Shown here: positions 56,100 to 64,000 of the stretch, in pieces
How the letters are laid out: every line of letters starts with the position of its first letter
How positions within the stretch are numbered: the first letter of the stretch is position 1
Source of the DNA: Balanoglossus misakiensis
Lineage: Eukaryota; Animalia; Hemichordata
Assembly (NCBI GenBank): GCA_040954595.2
Contig: CM082589.2
Span: 11,172,894 to 11,236,893, forward strand
Direction of reading: 5' to 3'
DNA length: 64,000 nt
Position numbers and translations under genes: made by a program
Notes under the pieces: generated by a model
Told to the model about the DNA's origin: nothing
Seen by the model: only the letters and a program-made list of their open reading frames with translations
Databases searched by the model: none

Positions 56100-56333
56100 A
56101 CACCGCGCGCGCGCCGTTGGCAAAAAAAAACGCGGAAAATTATTGAGCATGCGCAGTCGATACTTCACATTGTAAACAAGATGGCGTCGCTGCCTATGCT
56201 TCTGGACCGCTGTCGCCTGACTATGTCGGCAAAGAAGAGACGAATTTAACCATGCAACGCCATATCGGAAGACAGAATGATCGCGAGATGAAACCGGGCT
56301 ATCCAACGATTAGGCAGCCATGTTGACTGATTG
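56100..56333 (+). promoter_or_regulatory. CpG-rich promoter and first-exon candidate, right copy, facing outward
   Basis: cgcgcgcgcg, cgcggaaaa, gcatgcgca (NRF1-like), caagatggcg (YY1, 56177-56186), tcgcgaga (56281), donor G|gtatgt after 56333. Gap-free mirror of 49660-49851. Confidence 0.55.
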
Positions 56334-57788
56334 GTATGTCGCCGAAGTAATTATTTGCCATTGATTTGTTTACCAGAAACGGTTTGCCTTTGGAACACAT
56401 TTGGCCTCACCGAAATTGATTTCAGAGGTTTTTTCCCAAAAACTAATGACGTTCGTTTTCACCTGAGTGCGAGGATGGATTGAAGGGACACAAGCTTTTG
56501 TAGCCACCAATATTTTGACACTCTTTATATCAATGTTGAGCTGGCATATTTGCTCCAATATGATGTAGTGTACCTGTTGCATTGAAATGAAGCTGTAATA
56601 ATATTACAGTGCAATCTAGTCCTTTGGGTTAATAGGAAAACGAGGTCAATAAATGACAGGTTTATTTAAATACAGGATATATTTATCACAAGCACTTATG
56701 CATATGTATGAGATACTTATTTATTTTTAATTTATTTTTTATTTTTTATTTATTTTGTACGTTCAGGTAATCATATGGATTTGTATGGAATCACATACAC
56801 ATTAATTGAAGACTATCATATCACAGAAGTCGAGCCGCCAGATGTGTAAGGTAACCATTTAGGTTTCATGACTAAGTTTGTTTAAGAATTCATAAAGCTA
56901 CCCAATGAATGAATTTCCTTAAAATTTCACAAATGTGACAGAGTTTGCAGTTGTGCAAGAAAGTGTGTATTATTCACATAAGAATTTTTTCGTATGCATT
57001 TTTCTGATGGCAATGCATTTGACTGTAAACAAATATGGATGTCAGTTAGTAGTGCTATTTTGTCAGTGAAATGGCTTCATCATCATCCCTCCAACCAAAG
57101 TTGAAACAGAGTTGCAAATATTGCACAGCTTGAAATCATAAAATGTTGCAAAATTGAACCAACCCTTTGGTCAACGATTATGTTCTTACAGCTATTATTA
57201 GAACCAGACAGTCTCAGGGAACAAGAGACATGGGCCTGATTTGCAAGTTGAGTTAGAACTGCCTTTGCCTGCCCACGGACGCCCCAATTTCAGCAAAAAT
57301 TATTGCATTAAAATATGAGTATGGAGAACTATGCTCTGTGTTTCTTTTGTTAGCTTACATAGCTGTTGTCATTCTAGTTTTTCCTCTGTCCTGTGAGCAG
57401 AGTTTCAGTTGCGAAAACTGACAGTTCTCAAAGTACAAAAGTACACCTAAATTGCCTCGGTGATGAGCATGCAGAATTTATCTGATGCTTCTTACTGGCA
57501 GAAGGACCCCACCAGTTGCAGATTGTGAATTCCATGGCACAAGGGAATTTACGCTTTGCGTTCAAATATAAATAATTAAATCCTGTAAAATTATTCTATA
57601 TGTTATTTATTGATGATTCAAAAGTGTTATGACTGATTGTGTTAGAGTACCTGTATTCCATATAAGCATGCTGTCAGTGCACATCCGATTGATAACAATT
57701 TCACATTTTTAAAAATTTGCTTCTCTGAATAATTATGAATACATAAAACTTCATATGATATAAATTGTCCTGATATCGTAAACATTAA

Positions 57789-58243
57789 ACCCCGATGCGT
57801 GGTATAAAAGACCCCCCAAATCAGTGGCGAATCTTAATGCCGTTTGACTGACAACAGACAACACCAACGATCTTGGCTCTAACGATCTTGGCTCTATGAA
57901 AATCGGCCCAAACAGATCCAAGCATAAAGAATTACACCACACAACGACAGTGGTTGGCTTTATAAACACACACAACATAAAGTTATCGATGAAAAAGTAC
58001 ACGAGCTTTTGAAACAACGATGATTTTGGGAGAAATCTGGTTTCAGTGCTTTTCAGAAGCATCCCTGGGAAACAATAACCACGCCATTCAAACAGCTGTC
58101 AATCGCATAGAGGTGTAAAGTGTTCAATTATTTTCTATGTACATGAGATCAATTACACAGTTATTATGCACGACGACCACTCCCAAATAAACAACTGTAC
58201 AAACACACGTTAATCCGAACCCCAGTACTTTCCGCACCGGGGT
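57789..58243. mobile_element. 455-bp non-autonomous DNA transposon with TTAA target duplication
   Basis: TTAA|accccgatgcg ... cgcaccggggt|TTAA (10/11 TIR match). The left arm has a single TTAA at the homologous site (48015-48018). Confidence 0.85.
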
Positions 58244-58291
58244 TTAAGGCCTAATGCTAGTGTCACAACATTGATTACCAGACCGTTTCCC

Positions 58292-58414
58292 TATGTATGT
58301 ATGTATGTATGTATGTATGTATGTATGTATGTATGTATGCAGCCATGTATGCATGTGTTTGTGTGTGTGTGTACATGTGTGTCTGCATGTTACATGTATA
58401 TATGGATGTATGTC
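58292..58414. repeat. (TATG)n/(TG)n compound microsatellite of a HINE-like element
   Basis: About 12 perfect tatg units followed by tg-rich sequence; mirror of 47901-47943. Confidence 0.88.
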
Positions 58415-59350
58415 TGCCCTGATCCAAAACATGAAACCACGCTTTTTGTATTTTGGTGTGTAGATGGGATTTTGCTTAAATGAAGTTGTCATTGCAAAAA
58501 TACGCAAATAACCTGTGAAATATGTGGAATTGATCAAAACTCAACAACTGGTTAGACTGCTTTGAACATTTGTATGCATGTAGGTAATGTCATCATACCT
58601 GATATACTTTGAGTTTATATCGTGAATTGTCTATTTTTTATGCAATTATTTTGTCTTGTTTTACCATTTGAAAAAAAATCTTTTCCTCTTAAAGAGATTG
58701 GCTGATTTCTTTAGAATTTAGTATGACACTTCCGGTAGGTGATCATAGTTGGTTTTGTTTAAATTGTCGCAGAATTTGTAATCTGTCATTTTTGGTCAAA
58801 ATTCATTTTCTGAGAAACTCCTTAGATTGCTTTTAAATTTTGGTATGCTTGTTCCAAGAGGTAACCCAAGTAATGGTGTATATCATTTTGGTGAAATTTA
58901 CATATTGTGGTCTTGGGGCAATTTTTGCAATTTGTATTCTTTGAAACTACTAGTCAGATTGCTTTCAACTTTGGTAGGCGTGGTGATTGAAGTAGATATT
59001 ATACAATTTGTTGATAGTTGGATAGATGTGGTTTGAGGCAGTTTTTGTCATTGTTGAATGTTGTTTTCCCTAAAATACTTGTCTGGTTCCTTTGAAATGT
59101 TCTTACAGAAGGTCATATCTGCTTGCCAATGTCACATGATTTTTCCCATGAACACAGACATACCTAATTTTGTGTAATCCCCAGATGGGACCACAGTGTG
59201 TAATAACCTGACCAACAGTGACTAGTATATCCTGTGTGTTATACAGTACTTCTCACAAGGTTGAAGTACATGTAGACTGTTGATGATTTTTTGCGATTCT
59301 TCAGAAACTTACAATACAGAGTCTAATGTGGTAACGTCCATGGTCACATT

Positions 59351-60738
59351 AGTCCTGTTTCAAAATGACCTACATTACACGTCCTATACACATGTATTGC
59401 ATGTTTTGATTGGTTTATCCGCTTCTCTTAGGTCCACTTGCGGCACGCTGATTGGAGGGACCTTGTAGGTTAGGTCTTATTATTATGTATTATTCACTAG
59501 ACCTTGTAGGTTAGGTCTTATTACTATGCATTTTTCGCTTTACAGCTCCCTGATTGGTTAACGTGTCAGTCTGGTCCCCCATGTGTTCACTGCCTCATAA
59601 TACAGGACCTTGTAGGTTAGGTCATATTAATATGTATTTATTCACCATACAGCTCCCTGATTGGTTAACGTGTCAGTCTGGTCTCCCAGTGTTCACTGCC
59701 TCATTGTGAAATGTCCCATGTGCTTCCTGGCTAGCGTTGTGGTAACACATTATTCGGGATGTCCGCAGATCATTCATTAATTTTCTGAGAAATAGCCTGA
59801 CTGATACTATCTCCAACATAAACCGCACCCTGGAAAGATTAAATGATTTTTAGATGGACTTTGAAAATCTGATTAACACATCTAAGCATTTTTGCTAACA
59901 GTTGTATATTTTCTTAAATCACCCTCCTACTTCTCATCATCAATATTATTATTGTTGTTTTACTATTTTAAAGTAAATTTGTTTTGACGTAGATGTTGTG
60001 AAAAGGAGTACGTTGTCTGTTTATACATTCGTATATTGTTTTCATAAAAATGGAACTATGACGGTGCAGCTTCGTGAAAGAAGTACAATAAAAGTAATCA
60101 TACCTGTAAAGCAACTAATGAGGTATCCCAATTAAAGAAATGCAATGCTATTCTAAACAGTTCTATTGTAAGATATTTTTGGTTTGCTCGAATGAATAGC
60201 ACACACTTCGTATTCAGCCAGGTGTTACACGAAGTGATGCGCTGAAAAGCATTACGTAACAAAACACTAGCCCATTTCAACAAACCGCCACTGGAAATAA
60301 AATAAAAAAATTCTCCTGGCAATTTTTATTTCGAGTATCTAGTTCACAGTATCACAAAAAAATGCCATGAATAGTGAAGGAAAGGTTAAATCCAATCATT
60401 ATATGAGTGCCTTTCTTTATACACTGGGATCGAGCTTCGACAACGCGCAGGCAGCATGCCAGACAGAATACGACAACTGTATTCAGAAGGACAAAAGACT
60501 TTGCATAACGAGGCAGTGAAAATTGGAGACCTACACATTAACCAATCAGGGAGCTGTAAAGTGAATAATACATAGTAATAAGACGTAACCTACAAGGTCT
60601 AGTGAATAATACATAATAATAAGACCTAACACATAAGGTCCCTCCAATCACCGTGCCTCAAGTGGACCTAAGATTACCAGATGGACCAATCACAGATGTC
60701 GGTACATATGTCATGGACCTGACTTATGAAACATGACT
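59351..60738. mobile_element. 1388-bp foldback-like non-autonomous DNA transposon, ~220-bp TIRs, ATT duplication
   Basis: cac-ATT|agtcctgtttca ... tgaaacatgact|ATT-cag. The left arm reads catggtcacATTcagaa (minus, ~46901-46917) without the insert. 59351-59572 is inverted to 60527-60738 and contains ~40-bp tandem units gaccttgtaggttaggtcttatta.... Confidence 0.82.
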
Positions 60739-61282
60739 ATTCAGAACTACCTAGTCTATGCCCGGCAGTGTTCTGTCCGCTTTGCTTCCAAAACTAATGT
60801 CTGGCCTCACTCATGCCACTTGCCCAATAAACTAATACCCCTTGCTGGGAATTATGATGTAACTAGCGTCGCTTTGAAGCCTATCACATTACTGAACAGT
60901 GTTGATTTGGTGTAAGATTATAGTGAAGGCAGGGCTTATTACATTGAAAATGCTACCCAACCTTAATTACACGTATGTATATCCTTTGTCTAATCATTGG
61001 AAAAACAATGTACATGTACCAAAGACTAAGTAGCTATTTGAAGGTGAATCGCAAGTGGGCACTTTCATTACTTAACCTCAAGCAGTCGGTTAGCTACCGT
61101 ATACTAAGACAAACATTCCTGGTGTAATTAACATCACTGTCATTAGTAATATCTATCTCCAATCAGTATCAGTTCTGCCTTTATGTTATTTTAAGTCAAT
61201 TGTCAAGGTTCATGTACATATATTACAGCTTAACTGTCTTGTCAAAAACTTACGCATGTACATGTACCTAATTCTAGGCTTA

Positions 61283-62476
61283 CCTGTAGGGTTAGAGATA
61301 CAGTGTTTTATATTAATATGCATTAATATGAAACTAAAATTTGATGGTTAATTTAAGACCCCCCTGAGCAATGGTAACCTCGTTAAATATGTGCATATCT
61401 AATTCTAGGCTATTCAGCTGAAGTAGAAACCTGGACATGGACAACTTCGGGGTCAAAATCTTTTGACAAACATTTGTGTGATCTTGGGTAAACTTTGACC
61501 TACATTCCTATATTTTAGCATCCGGAGCAGATACAACCTTGACACTTGGAGTGATGGAACTATTTGATTGAGTATTATGTCTTGCCTCATTAATTATGTA
61601 CTTACCTAATGCCAGCCTAACCAATAGGGCTGGAAGTCTGGCTTTTTGGACATGATAAATTTGAGATCAACATTTTTCTACAGCAGCCAGCCTTCTCTTA
61701 AAAAGAATGGACAATATAAAGGCTTTGATGGTATACTGAACTTTTGACTCCCTCCCTGAGACTGTGTGCCAATGACGGGATAGCCTACTCAGCGTTGGGT
61801 AGATCCTAAGAAGGCCTCAGCCAGGCATCAAATACAAAAAGCGGAAATCCAAGCTTTAATGGTGGGTTACATCGTTAACTTCCCTGCAGAGCTGATTTCT
61901 CAGACTGTGAGCCAATGACGGGTAAAGCCCCTAGGTAGGGGCCACCTAAGACAGGCCGGTCATGCTTTAATCACAAAGAAGGGCAAGTTTAGTCTTACCA
62001 CAACTTTGTCTGCTGTATATGCTTCATAAAGATTGCAGAGTATTTTGAGAATACATTGTGTTAAGGCAGTGTGACCAGCTAAAAAGTACTGGCAAACACA
62101 GCCAATGTGTAATGAAAAACATCTAATTTGGCTGAATAAAAGACATAAAACACAGCAAAAGCACTGTGACTAGCTGAGACATAATACTCCATTATGCAGT
62201 TCCATCACTCCAAGTGTCAGGGATGTATCTGTGCCGGATGCCAAGATATAGGAATGTAGGTCAAAGTTTACCCAAGATCACCCAACATTTTGTCAAAAGA
62301 TTTTGACCCCAAAGTTGTCCATGTCCAGGTTTCTACCGCAACTGGATAGCCTAGAATTAGATATGTACATATTTAATGAGGTTACCATGGATCAAGGCAG
62401 TCCTAAGTAAACCATCAAATTTTTAGTTTCATGTTAATTCATGTTAATATAAAACGCTGTATCTCTAACCCACTGG
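61283..62476. repeat. ~300-bp inverted repeat pair (61283-61582 / 62177-62476) enclosing the core, right arm
   Basis: gggttagagatacag vs ctgtatctctaaccc; gatcttgggtaaactttgacctacattcctata vs tataggaatgtaggtcaaagtttacccaagatc. Confidence 0.92.
61751..61966. ncRNA. Mirror copy of the candidate structured RNA (motifs 61759-61816, 61902-61957)
   Basis: agactgtgWgccaatgacggg-[hairpin]-cctaaga(c)aggcc twice, separated by a third hairpin gaaatc..agct-ttaatggtg-ggtta-catcgttaa..agct-gatttc. Confidence 0.55.
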
Positions 62477-62739
62477 TATGCCATTCTGTGTTTCATGCTA
62501 CCCAATATGGGTAAGTAGGTAAAAAGTCACCCTAGGCCATTTGAAATTTTGCTGAAAAAATCACGTCTCTTACATATGTACATTTGGTAAAAGGGAAATT
62601 TTAATCACGGAGTAGAACATATTCATAAAAAATATTTGAGGGAAAGAAGGAAGTTTTTCATAGCTTTGGTGCGTCAAATAGTAGAGAGGTTCCCTTGTTA
62701 TCCTTAGACTCAAACTCAGAGTTTCCAATCTTTCAGTAT

Positions 62740-63048
62740 TTTCATGATATTACTTTCCATCTTAGATTTGTTCATCTAAACAAACTGACTGATAGGTATA
62801 CATGAACATTTTATTGACTAATGAATGTGCCTGTATGTTGCAATTTAAAGAAGTCAGATATTAAACGAGCGCCACACCTGTTTTAATCAGCCTCCATATG
62901 GAGGGTACACATCGCAGAGAGATGACAAACCCCATGCAAATTCAAGTAATATGGCTCAATGGTGCTGATTTTAAAGGATAGGTGGATGATTTGAAAAATG
63001 TTATTGTGGAAAAAGATGTGTAAAATTTGGCAGCTTGTGAGGCTTTAA
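62740..63048 (-). mobile_element. TTAA-site MITE, copy 3 (mirror of copy 1, other end retained)
   Basis: Ends ggcagcttgtgaggctTTAA (63048), matching the terminus at 51273-51292; contains caagtaatatggct. Confidence 0.6.
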
Positions 63049-63679
63049 TTGTAAAATCTTTGAAATGTGTTTTACTCTTTAGGTCCAATTTTGTATATGT
63101 CAATATACCATTGGGACCAATGTGAAATTGTTCTAAACTCAGAAACTCAAGAAGGTACTGGTCAGATTGCTTTAGAAATTGGTGTGTATTTATGTTATTG
63201 AGACTTTATACAGATTTTATTTTTCATTTTTGAAGTATATTTTGGGGTGATTTTGGTCGTCATATACTCAGAAACCTCTACCCACATTTTTTTTAAAATT
63301 TGGTTTGCATGTTCTTAGGTGTGATTTTATGACAATTTAACAAACCCAGTGATGGAAGTGACAATATTTTTTTTTTTTTTTGGCAATTACTGCCATTTTT
63401 GTCTGATTGCTTTGCAATTTAGTTTGCAGTTTCTAGGGAATTCTTACTGTGGTGCACAAAATTCACAAAGGTGATTTACTATCCTCATGCGCTTTGTTGA
63501 ACTGGCACCCTGTTGCAAAACAGACATTACAACACTCTTTGAATTGAATTCATAGCTACCAATTTTTCGGGGGTGTAGCACCTTTTTTATGCCTAAAACT
63601 TTGATCGAGAACTTCAAATTAAATGCAACCCTCCAAATATTTGCAATATTTCAGGTATAATGATTTAATTTTAAAGCAT

Positions 63680-64000
63680 AAATTATGATGTATTCATAAT
63701 CATTAAGAGAAACACATTTTGAAAATAGAATATTAATCACACTAGCAGTCATAATACTTTTGAATCATCACTAAAGAACATATAGAAAAATTAAACAGGT
63801 GTTAATTATTTATATTTGAACGCAAAGCGTAAATTCCCTTGTGCCATGGAATTGACAATCTGCAACTGGTGGGGTCCTTCTGCCAGTAAAAAGCATCAGA
63901 TAAATTCTGCATGCTCATCACCGAGGCAATTTAGGTGTACTTTTGTACTTTAAGAACTGTCGGTTTTCGCAACTGAAACTCTGTTCACAGGACAGAGGAA
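63680..64000. repeat. Third copy of part of the arm unit, same orientation as the left arm, running off the window
   Basis: 63803-64000 is the reverse complement of 57381-57580 with about 5 differences. 63680-63800 matches 48050-48230 more loosely. Confidence 0.88.

Larger units (their letters stand above)
56142..63258. repeat. Right arm of the large inverted duplication
   Basis: Begins attgagcatgcgcag (56142) and ends tgaagtatattttggggtgattttggtc (63258). Collinear reverse complement of the left arm apart from the indels listed. Confidence 0.95.

Noticed and set aside
61759-61957. SECIS element, or hammerhead, twister or HDV-like ribozyme as the identity of the structured motif
   Set aside because: Only 4-5 bp separate AUGA from the A-rich bulge (SECIS needs ~11-13), and no selenoprotein ORF is nearby. 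The catalytic-core consensus of the ribozymes could not be fitted by eye.

Overview
Eukaryotic (probably invertebrate animal) AT-rich DNA with no intact protein-coding gene. Bases 1-42036 are one uninterrupted head-to-tail satellite array of a ~78-bp monomer (roughly 530-550 copies) built from variable-length higher-order duplications; all ORFs there are artefacts of the repeat. The array ends abruptly against a ~21-kb imperfect palindrome: left arm 42042-49851, 6.3-kb spacer, right arm 56142-63258, with a third copy of part of the arm at ~63680-64000. Each arm carries a YY1/NRF1-type promoter-like segment at its inner end. Each also carries a ~300-bp inverted-repeat pair enclosing short non-coding exon-like segments and a ~240-bp, almost invariant, apparently structured RNA core with two copies of a covarying stem-loop. 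Comparing the arms exposes arm-specific insertions: a complete Helentron-associated HINE/DINE-1-like element, a TTAA-site MITE and a foldback-like element with an ATT duplication. The spacer holds a truncated pentraxin-like exon, MITEs and microsatellites. Coordinates and identities were read by eye and are approximate unless a junction is quoted.
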